Shown here: one piece after another, positions 18,311 to 27,331 of the stretch | Numbering within the stretch: the first letter of the stretch is position 1 | Layout: each line of letters begins with the position of its first letter | Assembly (NCBI GenBank): GCA_045577925.1 | Contig: JAZNJH010000031.1 | Span: 46,094 to 110,093, forward strand | Direction: 5' to 3' | Origin: Eubacteriales bacterium | GTDB taxonomy: Bacteria; Bacillota; Clostridia; Oscillospirales; CAG-272 | DNA: 64,000 nt | Made by a program: the position numbers and the translations under genes | Notes under the pieces: model-generated | Told to the model about the DNA's origin: nothing | Databases searched by the model: none | The model's input: only the letters and a program-made list of their open reading frames with translations

Positions 18311-19054
18311 ATGAAGCACGATATTTTAATTTTCAACAATAAAATATCTGAATATGACGCGTCATCAGATAGGAGATCTATTGGAACTCTAGGCGAAAGA
18401 TGCCTTCATTCTATAATAAAAAACTATTATGAGCCTGATCCTGACAAACAGGAAGTTAAGGTATGCGGATTTGTTGCAGATATACTTAACGGCGATAGAA
18501 TTATAGAAATACAAACCAATAATTTTCATTCGCTTGCGAGAAAGCTTGAAGAATATTTAAAGTTTTATAAGGTGACGGTCGTATATCCTGTTTCACACGT
18601 TAAACATATAGTCTGGATAGATCCCGATACAGGCGAAATTGTTAAAAGAAACAAATCACCAAAGCTTGGAACCGGTCGAGAGTTTTTATATGAGGCCTCA
18701 AAAATCCGGAAATATCTTACTAACGACAATTTGAATTTCGAAATACTTTTGATAGATATGGATGAATACAGACTTTTAAACGGTTGGGATAAAAAGAAAA
18801 AACGCGGGTCAATACGATGTGACAGAAAGCCTCTCTACTTACACAGAATAATATCTATTGAATCAAAATACGATCTTAATAAAATATTGCCTCCCGATTT
18901 CCCGGACGGCGAGTTTAAATTTGCAGATTTTGAAAAGCTTATGAAAATGAAAAACAGAACGGCGCGATATTCGTTAAATACACTTATCGAATACGGCGCC
19001 GTAGAGGTTGTTTCAAAAGAGAAGCGTGCGAAACTTTATCGCAGAGTAATATGA
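18311..19054 (+). CDS. Hypothetical protein with a PD-(D/E)XK-nuclease-like N-terminal core and a possible C-terminal winged-helix domain
   Basis: ATG at 18311 behind GGAGGTG. The pattern GERCLHS...GFVADILNGDRIIEIQT fits an E...D-x(n)-E-x-Q/K restriction-endonuclease-like core. The C-terminal KNRTARYSLNTLIEYGAVEVV looks like an HTH. This assignment comes from the motif pattern only. Confidence 0.45.
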   Translation: MKHDILIFNNKISEYDASSDRRSIGTLGERCLHSIIKNYYEPDPDKQEVKVCGFVADILNGDRIIEIQTNNFHSLARKLEEYLKFYKVTVVYPVSHVKHIVWIDPDTGEIVKRNKSPKLGTGREFLYEASKIRKYLTNDNLNFEILLIDMDEYRLLNGWDKKKKRGSIRCDRKPLYLHRIISIESKYDLNKILPPDFPDGEFKFADFEKLMKMKNRTARYSLNTLIEYGAVEVVSKEKRAKLYRRVI

Positions 19055-20020
19055 TCAGATCGTAACCTCTTCTAAGAGATCGCTTACACTCTCTATAACA
19101 CTGCCCAGAACGTGTGCTGAAGCTCTTAGTCTTCTTTCTTCATCTGCATTCAGCGGAATTTCAAGCAAATCACTGATGCCATCACTTCCAACCACGGCAG
19201 GAAGCCCCATACACATCCCTGATAGCCCGTAATGACCGTCAACAAGGCAGGATACGGGCAATACGGATTTTTGATCTTTCACTATACTTCGAACGATCCT
19301 TAGCGTTGCCTGGCCTATTGCGTAATAGGTAGCACCTTTTCCTTCTATGATCTTGTATGCGCTGTCTCTGACCTGCTCATACATTGATTCGAGAGTGGCA
19401 GCATCGCATATTTTTCCTGTTATTCTACAATAGTCGTCGAGATCGACACCGGATACGTTTGCGCTGCTCCATACTGCCAGCTCACTGTCTCCGTGTTCAC
19501 CGATTATAAAGGAGTGAACGTTTCTGCTGTCAACGCCAATGTGCTCACCGACAAGGTATTTAAGTCTACCTGTATCGAGAACCGTTCCTGAGCCGATGAC
19601 TCTGTGGCTGTCAAAGCCTGAAAGCTTCAGCGCAGCATATGTTAGTATGTCAACGGGATTTGAAACTACCAGCAATATACACTCCTTGTTAATTGCTGCG
19701 ATTTGCGGGATTATACTTTTGAATATTTCTACGTTGCGGTGTACAAGTTCTATTCTTGTTTCACCGCTTTTCTGACTCGTTCCGGCAGCGATTATAACGA
19801 TATATGCATCTGAAATGTCTTCATAATTGCCTGCATATATTTTCATTGGGGCAATAAATGGAAGTCCGTGATTAAGGTCCATAGCTTCACCACAGGCTTT
19901 CTTATGATTTGAATCGATCAGCACCATTTCGGAAAACAGCCCATGATCCATGAGTGTATATGCAATAGTTGATCCTACAAAGCCGCATCCGATTACTGCG
20001 CATTTTTGTTTGTTTATCAT
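19055..20020 (-). CDS. ldh: L-lactate dehydrogenase
   Basis: KCAVIGCGFVGST NAD-binding motif, LVVSNPVD, IGEHGDSE with the catalytic His. 321 aa. Confidence 0.93.
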   Translation of the reverse strand: MINKQKCAVIGCGFVGSTIAYTLMDHGLFSEMVLIDSNHKKACGEAMDLNHGLPFIAPMKIYAGNYEDISDAYIVIIAAGTSQKSGETRIELVHRNVEIFKSIIPQIAAINKECILLVVSNPVDILTYAALKLSGFDSHRVIGSGTVLDTGRLKYLVGEHIGVDSRNVHSFIIGEHGDSELAVWSSANVSGVDLDDYCRITGKICDAATLESMYEQVRDSAYKIIEGKGATYYAIGQATLRIVRSIVKDQKSVLPVSCLVDGHYGLSGMCMGLPAVVGSDGISDLLEIPLNADEERRLRASAHVLGSVIESVSDLLEEVTI

Positions 20021-20084
20021 TTCTATATTCCTCTGCTTGATAGTATTTTGTATTAGTATTAGCAGAAAAACATAAAATTTGCAT

Positions 20085-20163
20085 AAAAAAAGACTCTTAT
20101 AATGATATGCACCTCCAAAAGTGTCTAACTTTTGGGGTGCATATCATAACAGAGTCTTTTTTG
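20085..20163. terminator. Unusually long hairpin (compound stem) acting as terminator after mntP
   Basis: The outer stem AAAAAAAGACTCT/AGAGTCTTTTTT encloses the 12-bp stem ATGATATGCACC/GGTGCATATCAT and the 8-bp stem CCAAAAGT/ACTTTTGG, with a 5-nt loop. A- and T-runs flank it on both sides. Confidence 0.7.
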
Positions 20164-20165
20164 TT

Positions 20166-20747
20166 TTAAAATGTAATAATACCAAGATGCTCGAGTAATA
20201 TTTTTGTTCCCATCGCAATAAGAACTATGCCGCCAATAAGTTCAGAGACAGATTTATATTTGCTCCCGAAAATATTACCGATCTTTACACCAACAGCCGA
20301 AAGAACGAACGTTGTTATGCCTATAAAGCTTACTGAAGGGATAAGTTCAACTTTTAAGAATGCTAGCGTTATTCCGACAGCTAAGGCATCAATGCTTGTT
20401 GCAACAGCTAAAGGAAGCATTACGCGTGGACTGAATTTTCCTTCTGAATTTTTGCAGCATTCGCAGTCATCATCTTTTTCTCGTGACTCGCGTATCATAT
20501 TAAATCCGATTATGCCAAGCAGTACAAAGGCTATCCAGTGATCGACGTTTGTGATAAGTGACTCAAATTGTTTGCCTAACATATACCCGATGAGTGGCAT
20601 GAATGCCTGAAAAAATCCGAAATATGCACCGGTTATAAGCATGTGCGATATTTTAAGCTTGCTTACGGAGAGGCCTTTGCATACTGCTACAGCAAAAGCA
20701 TCCATTGATAAAGCGACTGCAAGAATAAAAATTTCAATGTTGCTCAT
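20166..20747 (-). CDS. mntP: Manganese efflux pump MntP
   Basis: The duplicated DUF204 pattern appears as [14 protein letters not shown] and [14 protein letters not shown]. 193 aa, six predicted TM helices. Confidence 0.88.
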   Translation of the reverse strand: MSNIEIFILAVALSMDAFAVAVCKGLSVSKLKISHMLITGAYFGFFQAFMPLIGYMLGKQFESLITNVDHWIAFVLLGIIGFNMIRESREKDDDCECCKNSEGKFSPRVMLPLAVATSIDALAVGITLAFLKVELIPSVSFIGITTFVLSAVGVKIGNIFGSKYKSVSELIGGIVLIAMGTKILLEHLGIITF

Positions 20748-20771
20748 GAATGTGTCCTTTCAAGACTCTTG

Positions 20772-21539
20772 TTAAAAATATATGTTTTTAAACTCAACTT
20801 TATTAAGATATAAACCGTGAGCGGGAAGTGTAGGTCCTGCAAGAGAGCGGTCTTTTGAGTTTATTATATTTACAATATAGTCAGGGGCAATTTTTCCCTG
20901 AGCGACTTCCATAAGAGTCCCTGCTATTATCCTCACCATGTTATATAAAAAACCGTCTGCGCAAGCGTATATACTCACAATATCATTTGATTTGACCGCT
21001 TTAACGTATTTTACGTTTCTTATAGTGTCAGAAACTGCAGAGCCGCTTGCCATAAAAGATTTAAAATCGTGTGTGCCCGCAATTTTCTCGCCGGCCGTGT
21101 TCATTAAATCAACCATATGGTCTGTAACAGGGAAGGGAGTGTAATATGATCGCCCATATTCAAACGGGTCCTTGTGCTTGCCGCAGTATATTCGATATTC
21201 GTATTCCTTTGAAACAACGTCGTGCCTTACGTGAAATGAGTCTGACACTACCATGGCATCAAGAATTGATATGTCGCATGGAAGGGAAGAATTAAGCGCA
21301 TATGGTATCTTTTCAATCGGAATATTAATGCCACAATCGTCGTCTGTGTTAAACGTGGCATAATAAACGTTTGCGTGAACACCGCTATCTGTTCTGCTGC
21401 AGCCTTTCACATCATATCTTTTTTTATAAACATTTTCAATACAGTCCTGGATCGTTGATTGGACGGTACGAGTATCGGGTTGAACCTGAAATCCAAAGAA
21501 GGAGCTTCCAAGATATTTTAGTTTTATAAGGATCTTCAT
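20772..21539 (-). CDS. truA: tRNA pseudouridine(38-40) synthase TruA
   Basis: Catalytic-Asp motif GCSRTDSGVHA, FLYNMVR, and an N-terminal YLGSSFFGFQVQ. ATGA overlap with ecfT. Confidence 0.93.
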   Translation of the reverse strand: MKILIKLKYLGSSFFGFQVQPDTRTVQSTIQDCIENVYKKRYDVKGCSRTDSGVHANVYYATFNTDDDCGINIPIEKIPYALNSSLPCDISILDAMVVSDSFHVRHDVVSKEYEYRIYCGKHKDPFEYGRSYYTPFPVTDHMVDLMNTAGEKIAGTHDFKSFMASGSAVSDTIRNVKYVKAVKSNDIVSIYACADGFLYNMVRIIAGTLMEVAQGKIAPDYIVNIINSKDRSLAGPTLPAHGLYLNKVEFKNIYF

Positions 21540-22351
21540 ATAATACCGCCGAATTTATTTATGAATACTACAAGAACGCCGAAAGCGATAAATATAAATA
21601 CTGACATAAAGTCAATACAGGTTAGTTTCGGAGTGTTCATTTTTGTTCTGCCGTCACCACCGTGATAGCATCTGCACTCCATTGCGGTTGCAAGTTCATC
21701 GGCTCTTCTGAAGGAAGAAATAAACAAAGGTATCAAAACAGGTATAAGCGCTTTTGCACGGTCTGCTAAGCTTCCGCTTGAAAAATCAGCACCACGAGCT
21801 TTTTGTGCACTCATTATTTTGTCAGTTTCCTCTATCAGTGTCGGTATAAATCTTAATGCTATCGTCATCATAAGCGAAAATTCATGCACAGGAACCTTTA
21901 TAGCCTTGAGCGGCGATAAAAGCTTTTCTAAGCCATCTGTCAGCATTATAGGAGATGTTGTATAGGTTAACAATACCGAAGTTCCGATAATAAGTGATAC
22001 TATTCTAAGCACCATAAATAGCGCAAAGAAAAGTCCCTCTTCATAAATCTTGATAATACCGAATGAAAAAACAAGATTTTCGCCGGTCGTCCAGAATATA
22101 TTCAAAATTGAAGTGAATACAAGAACAAAAACTATTGGTTTAAGTCCTTTGAGGACAACTCTCAGGTTTATTTTTGATATGCAAATGCATGACAGTGCAA
22201 GCAAAAACACAAAGAGGTATGAAAGCAGGCTTTTTGCCGAAAATATTATTACAATAAATATTATCGTTAAAATGATCTTTATTCTTGGATCAAGCCTGTG
22301 AAGTATTGAGTTGCCCGGAAAGAATTGACCGAGCGTGATATCTTTTATCAT
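21536..22351 (-). CDS. ecfT: Energy-coupling factor (ECF) transporter transmembrane component EcfT
   Basis: LHRLDPRIK start region and the coupling-helix motif ARGADF... with ELATAMECRCY. Start set to the ATG at 22351, with GGAG 6 nt upstream. Confidence 0.88.
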   Translation of the reverse strand: MIKDITLGQFFPGNSILHRLDPRIKIILTIIFIVIIFSAKSLLSYLFVFLLALSCICISKINLRVVLKGLKPIVFVLVFTSILNIFWTTGENLVFSFGIIKIYEEGLFFALFMVLRIVSLIIGTSVLLTYTTSPIMLTDGLEKLLSPLKAIKVPVHEFSLMMTIALRFIPTLIEETDKIMSAQKARGADFSSGSLADRAKALIPVLIPLFISSFRRADELATAMECRCYHGGDGRTKMNTPKLTCIDFMSVFIFIAFGVLVVFINKFGGII

Positions 22352-22392
22352 ATTGTTCTCCATACGTCAAAGTGACGTAATTGTTTAGTGCA

Positions 22393-23244
22393 CTATTTTC
22401 GCAGAATACCGTCTATTTTAGAAGCCGCCGTATTAACATTATAACAGTTGCTGCTTATTGGCATCCCTTTATCTGACAGCTTTTTCGAAAGATATGTTAT
22501 CGCAGGAACGTCGAGACCGACAGAACGAAGATCGTCGCTTCTTGCAAAAATATCATCCTTGCAGCCTTGCATGAAGAGCTTAGCCTGACTCATAACAACG
22601 ATCTCATCAGAGTACCTTGCCATATCTTCCATGCTGTGGCTTACGATTATAACTGTAGATTTTCTTGCCTTTTGATATTCAAGGATACCTTTGAATATTT
22701 CTTCGCGTCCGCGAGGGTCAAGCCCTGCGGCAGGCTCATCAAGAACAAGTATCTCCGGTTGCATCGCCATGATTCCTGCAATAGCAACTCTTCTTTTCTG
22801 ACCGCCCGAAAGATCGAATGGCGATTTTTCAAGCATCGCGCTATCAATACCGCATAAATCTGCGGCGTCTTTAACGCGTTTTTCAATCTCTTTTTCGTCG
22901 AGCTTCATGTTTTTAGGTCCAAAAGCAATATCTGCTTTTACCGTTTCTTCAAAAAGCTGATATTCGGGATACTGAAACACCAAGCCGACTTTATATCTGT
23001 ATTTACTGATTTGTTTGGGATCGCTCCATATATTTTCACCCATAACCGTAATAGTTCCAAAATCCGGCTTTTCTAGCCCGTTAAGTAATTTAACAAGCGT
23101 TGATTTTCCCGAGCCGGTATGTCCCATAAGACCGGTTATAATTCCCGCTTTGAAGGAAAGTGATATGTTATCAAGAGCGATCCTCTCAAAAGGAGTTGAC
23201 TTGCTGTAAGTGTATGAAACGTTATTTATTTCAATTGCATTCAT
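22393..23244 (-). CDS. ecfA2: ECF transporter ATPase EcfA2
   Basis: Walker A GHTGSGKST, ABC signature LSGGQKRRVAIAG, Walker B LVLDEP. Position A1-A2-T. Confidence 0.9.
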   Translation of the reverse strand: MNAIEINNVSYTYSKSTPFERIALDNISLSFKAGIITGLMGHTGSGKSTLVKLLNGLEKPDFGTITVMGENIWSDPKQISKYRYKVGLVFQYPEYQLFEETVKADIAFGPKNMKLDEKEIEKRVKDAADLCGIDSAMLEKSPFDLSGGQKRRVAIAGIMAMQPEILVLDEPAAGLDPRGREEIFKGILEYQKARKSTVIIVSHSMEDMARYSDEIVVMSQAKLFMQGCKDDIFARSDDLRSVGLDVPAITYLSKKLSDKGMPISSNCYNVNTAASKIDGILRK

Positions 23245-23249
23245 ATAAT

Positions 23250-24128
23250 TTACTTATCCAAATTTTTGTAATAATCATATATAGACTTTGCACAGTCATC
23301 TATGCTAAGGGTATCAGGTTCATGAATCCTGTGTCCCATTTTATTTAGTTCATGAATCAGGTCATATTGTTGAGGAACATCAAGACCGGCACTTTTTATA
23401 AGCTTAACGTTTGTGAAAACATTATATGGAGTTGAATCGGCAATGATGCTTCCTTCATTCATAACTATCACCCGGTCTGCCATAAGTGCCTCATTCATAT
23501 AGTGCGTTATATGAATAACGGTTATATTATACTCACGGTTTAACTTGAGTATGGTTTCCATTACTTCTTTTCTGCCGGCAGGATCAAGCATTGCTGTTGA
23601 TTCGTCAAATACTATACACTCAGGCATCATTGCAATTATTCCGGCTATTGCTACACGTTGCTTCTGTCCGCCTGAAAGCTGGTGCGGAGAATGCCTTTTG
23701 TATTCACTCATTCCGACAAGCTCAAGTGCATCATCAACACGCCTTCTTATTTCCGTAGGTTCAAGCCCAAGATTTTCGGGCCCGAAAGCCACGTCTTCTT
23801 CGACTATTGTTGCTACAAGCTGATTATCGGGGTTCTGAAAAACCATGCCTATGTTTTTTCTTATTTTCAGAACGTCGGTTTCAGTTAAGTCGGGGCTAGT
23901 AAGTTCTATGTCGCCAATACATATGCTTCCGCTTGTAGGAGATAGTATAAGGTTTAATAATTTAGCAAGTGTTGATTTGCCCGAGCCGTTATGGCCAAGT
24001 ACTGCAACAAAGCTTCCTTTTTTTATTTCAAGTGTTATATCATTCACTGCAGGGGATTCGAGTGTGTTGTTACTTTCTTCGTAAGAGAATGATACGTTTT
24101 TTAACTTGATAAACGGTTCATTAGTCAT
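23250..24128 (-). CDS. ecfA1: ECF transporter ATPase EcfA1
   Basis: Walker A GHNGSGKST, LSGGQKQRVAIAG, Walker B IVFDES. Confidence 0.9.
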   Translation of the reverse strand: MTNEPFIKLKNVSFSYEESNNTLESPAVNDITLEIKKGSFVAVLGHNGSGKSTLAKLLNLILSPTSGSICIGDIELTSPDLTETDVLKIRKNIGMVFQNPDNQLVATIVEEDVAFGPENLGLEPTEIRRRVDDALELVGMSEYKRHSPHQLSGGQKQRVAIAGIIAMMPECIVFDESTAMLDPAGRKEVMETILKLNREYNITVIHITHYMNEALMADRVIVMNEGSIIADSTPYNVFTNVKLIKSAGLDVPQQYDLIHELNKMGHRIHEPDTLSIDDCAKSIYDYYKNLDK

Positions 24129-25014
24129 TTAAATCACCCTTTGATTTAGTGTTTGTCCAGCGTGACGATGCGCCGCAAGGCAGATAAGAACCTGTGCTTG
24201 TGACAGGCAAGCCAATCTCATCCGAAAAGACCTGACCTCCAAGCTTTGGCTTTAATATAAGTTCAAGTAAATATCCCATTGTTGAGGCAGATAACCCCGT
24301 AGTGTAAGAATTTAAAAGGAAGAACAAAGGGTCATCGCTTAAAACCTCAGAGCACAGAGATATAAACTCAGCAATCGAGTCTTCGAGCTTCCAAAGTTCG
24401 CCTGAAGGACCGCGACCATACGAAGGAGGATCCATAATTACTGCGTCGTATTTATTGCCGCGTCTGATTTCACGCTCTATAAACTTTTTGCAGTCATCGA
24501 CGATATATCTTATCGGTGCGTCAGACAAGCCTGATTTAGCAGCATTTATTTTAGCCTGAGCGACCATACCTTTTGATGCATCAACGTGGCAAACCGATGC
24601 TCCTGCTTTTGCGCATGCAATAGTTGCTCCACCTGTATATGCAAAAAGATTAAGCACCTTTACAGGTCTGTTTGCACCGCGTATCAGTTCACTAAACCAT
24701 TCCCAATTCACTGCTTGTTCGGGAAAAAGGCCGGTATGCTTGAACCCCGTTGGCTTTATCAGAAAATTCAGACCAAGTGAGTCATATGAAATATCCCATT
24801 CGCTTGGAAGAGAAGAGGATTTCCAAGCTCCTCCGCCTGCTGAAGAGCGTTTATAGGTTCCATCGGGTTTAGACCATCTTCGGTCTTTTTTTATGTTCTT
24901 CCATATCACCTGAGGATCGGGTCTTATGAGGATATGTTTACCCCATCTTTCAAGACGCTCACCGTTTGATGTGTCGATAAGCTCATATTCTGTCCATTTA
25001 TCTGCTTTCCACAT
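24121..25014 (-). CDS. Class I SAM-dependent (probable rRNA) methyltransferase, RlmI/RlmK-C-terminal-like
   Basis: VLNLFAYTGGATIACAKAGA (SAM motif I) and IMDPPSYGRG (motif IV). 8-nt overlap with ecfA1. Confidence 0.75.
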   Translation of the reverse strand: MWKADKWTEYELIDTSNGERLERWGKHILIRPDPQVIWKNIKKDRRWSKPDGTYKRSSAGGGAWKSSSLPSEWDISYDSLGLNFLIKPTGFKHTGLFPEQAVNWEWFSELIRGANRPVKVLNLFAYTGGATIACAKAGASVCHVDASKGMVAQAKINAAKSGLSDAPIRYIVDDCKKFIEREIRRGNKYDAVIMDPPSYGRGPSGELWKLEDSIAEFISLCSEVLSDDPLFFLLNSYTTGLSASTMGYLLELILKPKLGGQVFSDEIGLPVTSTGSYLPCGASSRWTNTKSKGDLND

Positions 25015-25039
25015 TGTGTGATTTCCTTTGTTTTGTCGA

Positions 25040-26116
25040 TTACTTTTGTTCGGGTTCGCCGTCGAACATACTTAGCTGAGGCGAAGAGCTTCCTTGAACG
25101 GGGTAGGGAATGTTGAGGTGTTCATACGCAAGTCTGGTCGCGCATCTTCCTCTCGGAGTACGGCTGAGATATCCTATCTGCATAAGATAAGGTTCATATA
25201 CGTCCTCTATCGTTATTGCTTCTTCTCCGACAGTTGCGGCAAGTGTTTCAAGACCAACAGGTCCGCCACCGTATGCATGAATGATAGTTTCAAGCATTTT
25301 TCTGTCAGTATTGTCAAGCCCTAGCTCGTCAATTTCAAGCGTATTCAAAGCACTTGCTGCAGTTTTCAGTGTGATTCTGCCGTCATATTTTACCTGGGCA
25401 AAGTCACGAACGCGCTTCAAAAGTCTGTTCGCTATTCTAGGGGTACCTCTTGATCTTGACGCAATTTCAATTGCACCTTCATTGTCTATCGGTACACCGA
25501 GTATGCCGGCACTTCTTCTTACTATTTCTGCAAGCTCTTGAACAGTATACAGTTCAAGCTTTAAGAGGACGCCAAAACGGTCACGTAAGGGTGTTGTCAG
25601 CTGGCCTGCGCGCGTTGTTGCGCCGATAAGGGTGAATCGAGGTATAGGGAGATGAATGCTTTGTGCGCTTGGTCCTTTACCAATAATAATATCAAGCGCA
25701 AAATCTTCCATCGCAGGATAGAGAATTTCTTCAACCTGACGCGACAGTCTGTGTATTTCATCAATAAACAAAACGTCATTATCATTAAGGTTGGTAAGGA
25801 GCGCCGCAAGATCGCCTTGCTTCTCGATAGCCGGTCCGGACGTTACTCTTATGTTGACACCAAGCTCGTTTGCAATTATTCCCGAGAGCGTGGTTTTGCC
25901 AAGACCGGGAGGGCCGTAAAGCAAAACGTGATCCAATACGTCTCCGCGCAGCTTCGCCGCTTCTATATAAACCTTTAAGCTTTCCTTAGCTTTTTCCTGA
26001 CCTATGTATTCATTAAGATTTACAGGTCTGAGGCTTTTTTCGGTTTCTGAGTCCTCAGGAGTATAGGTGGTTGAAACGATGCGGTCTTCAAAATCCATTT
26101 CATTCATCATATTCAT
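25040..26116 (-). CDS. ruvB: Holliday junction branch-migration helicase RuvB
   Basis: [45 protein letters not shown]. Confidence 0.95.
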   Translation of the reverse strand: MNMMNEMDFEDRIVSTTYTPEDSETEKSLRPVNLNEYIGQEKAKESLKVYIEAAKLRGDVLDHVLLYGPPGLGKTTLSGIIANELGVNIRVTSGPAIEKQGDLAALLTNLNDNDVLFIDEIHRLSRQVEEILYPAMEDFALDIIIGKGPSAQSIHLPIPRFTLIGATTRAGQLTTPLRDRFGVLLKLELYTVQELAEIVRRSAGILGVPIDNEGAIEIASRSRGTPRIANRLLKRVRDFAQVKYDGRITLKTAASALNTLEIDELGLDNTDRKMLETIIHAYGGGPVGLETLAATVGEEAITIEDVYEPYLMQIGYLSRTPRGRCATRLAYEHLNIPYPVQGSSSPQLSMFDGEPEQK

Positions 26117-26119
26117 CTG

Positions 26120-26737
26120 TTACCTCATCAAATTTTTAAGGGCTGCCGTTATCATGTCCTCAAGTTGCATGTTCTTTGGGTCAAGACCTTTAAGAGCGTC
26201 AGCAGCTTCATTTCGCGAATAACCGAGAACAACAAGAGCGTTAAGAGCATCGCTGTATCGGCCCAGATCACCTGACGGACGCGCAGGAGAGGGAGCAATA
26301 TAGTCGCTTGTTGAGCTAACGCTTGTAAGCTCACGTGATAGCTTGTCTTTTAGTTCAAGCACAACTCGTGCCGCAATCTTAGGTCCGACACCGCTCGCCT
26401 TTGATATTGCTTTTACGTCGCCCGAAGATACAGCAAGAGTGAATGCATCGGGAGTCAGAACTGATAGTATTGCTAATGCTGCTTTTGGTCCAACACCGGA
26501 TACAGTTATGAGCATATTAAATGCGCTTTTTTCCTCAAGGCTAATGAAGCCATATAGATCCATAGCGTCTTCTCTGACAGCAAGATAGGTATATACCTTA
26601 ACCTCTGATCCTATTTTTGATGAGAATGCCATAAGAGTATTATCACTTACAAAAAGTTTAAATGCAATATTCCCGGCATCAACAATAACGGCAGACGGCT
26701 CAGTAGCAACAAGCTCGCCTTTAATATAGTGGATCAT
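26120..26737 (-). CDS. ruvA: Holliday junction DNA-binding protein RuvA
   Basis: MIHYIKGEL start, two HhH motifs (VSGVGPKAALAIL and ASGVGPKIAARV), and a C-terminal domain III. Confidence 0.92.
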   Translation of the reverse strand: MIHYIKGELVATEPSAVIVDAGNIAFKLFVSDNTLMAFSSKIGSEVKVYTYLAVREDAMDLYGFISLEEKSAFNMLITVSGVGPKAALAILSVLTPDAFTLAVSSGDVKAISKASGVGPKIAARVVLELKDKLSRELTSVSSTSDYIAPSPARPSGDLGRYSDALNALVVLGYSRNEAADALKGLDPKNMQLEDMITAALKNLMR

Positions 26738-26752
26738 GTTACCTCCAATAAG

Positions 26753-27250
26753 TTATGAATTAAAGTAATTTCTAATTCTTGAGTTTGAACAGTTTGCATG
26801 ACAGATAGCTATCGCCAGAGCATCGCACGTGTCATCAAGTTTAGGCGTCTTCTCAAGCTTTAAAAGCAGTTTTACCATATGGATGACCTGCTTTTTTTCA
26901 GCTCTTCCGTAACCAACAACAGATTGCTTAACCTGCAGAGGGGTGTACTCGAAAATGGGAATATTATTTTTCTTACAACAGAGAAGTATACACCCTCTCG
27001 CTTCAGCAACTGAAATCACCGTTTTCTGATTTGTGTTGAAAAACAGCTCTTCCACAGCAACAGCATCGGGTTTATACATAGCTATTATTTCGGAAAGCTT
27101 ATCATAAATTTCATCTAGCCTGTCCTCAACCTTTGTATGCGATGGGGTTAGTATAGCTCCGTGAGCAAGAGTGTTGAATTTCGGAGATTTATATTCAATT
27201 ACACCATATCCAACTATGGCAAGTCCCGGGTCGATTCCCAATATAATCAT
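26753..27250 (-). CDS. ruvC: Crossover junction endodeoxyribonuclease RuvC
   Basis: MIILGIDPGLAIVGYGV, VAVEELFF, DTCDALAIAICH (catalytic acidic residues). 165 aa. Confidence 0.92.
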   Translation of the reverse strand: MIILGIDPGLAIVGYGVIEYKSPKFNTLAHGAILTPSHTKVEDRLDEIYDKLSEIIAMYKPDAVAVEELFFNTNQKTVISVAEARGCILLCCKKNNIPIFEYTPLQVKQSVVGYGRAEKKQVIHMVKLLLKLEKTPKLDDTCDALAIAICHANCSNSRIRNYFNS

Positions 27251-27331
27251 TTGTAATCACCAAAAGTACAATAATATATTATGTTAACACAATATTTTAA
27301 CTATTCTGTGAACATAATGTAAGTTCGGAAA

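Noticed and set aside
20748-20771. I looked for a yybP-ykoY manganese riboswitch upstream of mntP.
   Set aside because: Only 24 nt separate the truA stop from the mntP start, so no riboswitch fits. mntP seems to ride on the ecf-truA transcript. This is worth noting but not evidence of anything new.
21536-24128. ecfA1-ecfA2-ecfT-truA lies downstream of ruvCAB and a methyltransferase gene, instead of following the rpoA-rplQ ribosomal cluster as in many Firmicutes.
   Set aside because: It is a synteny difference only. All four genes look intact and canonical, and I cannot judge from one window whether this arrangement is typical for the clade.
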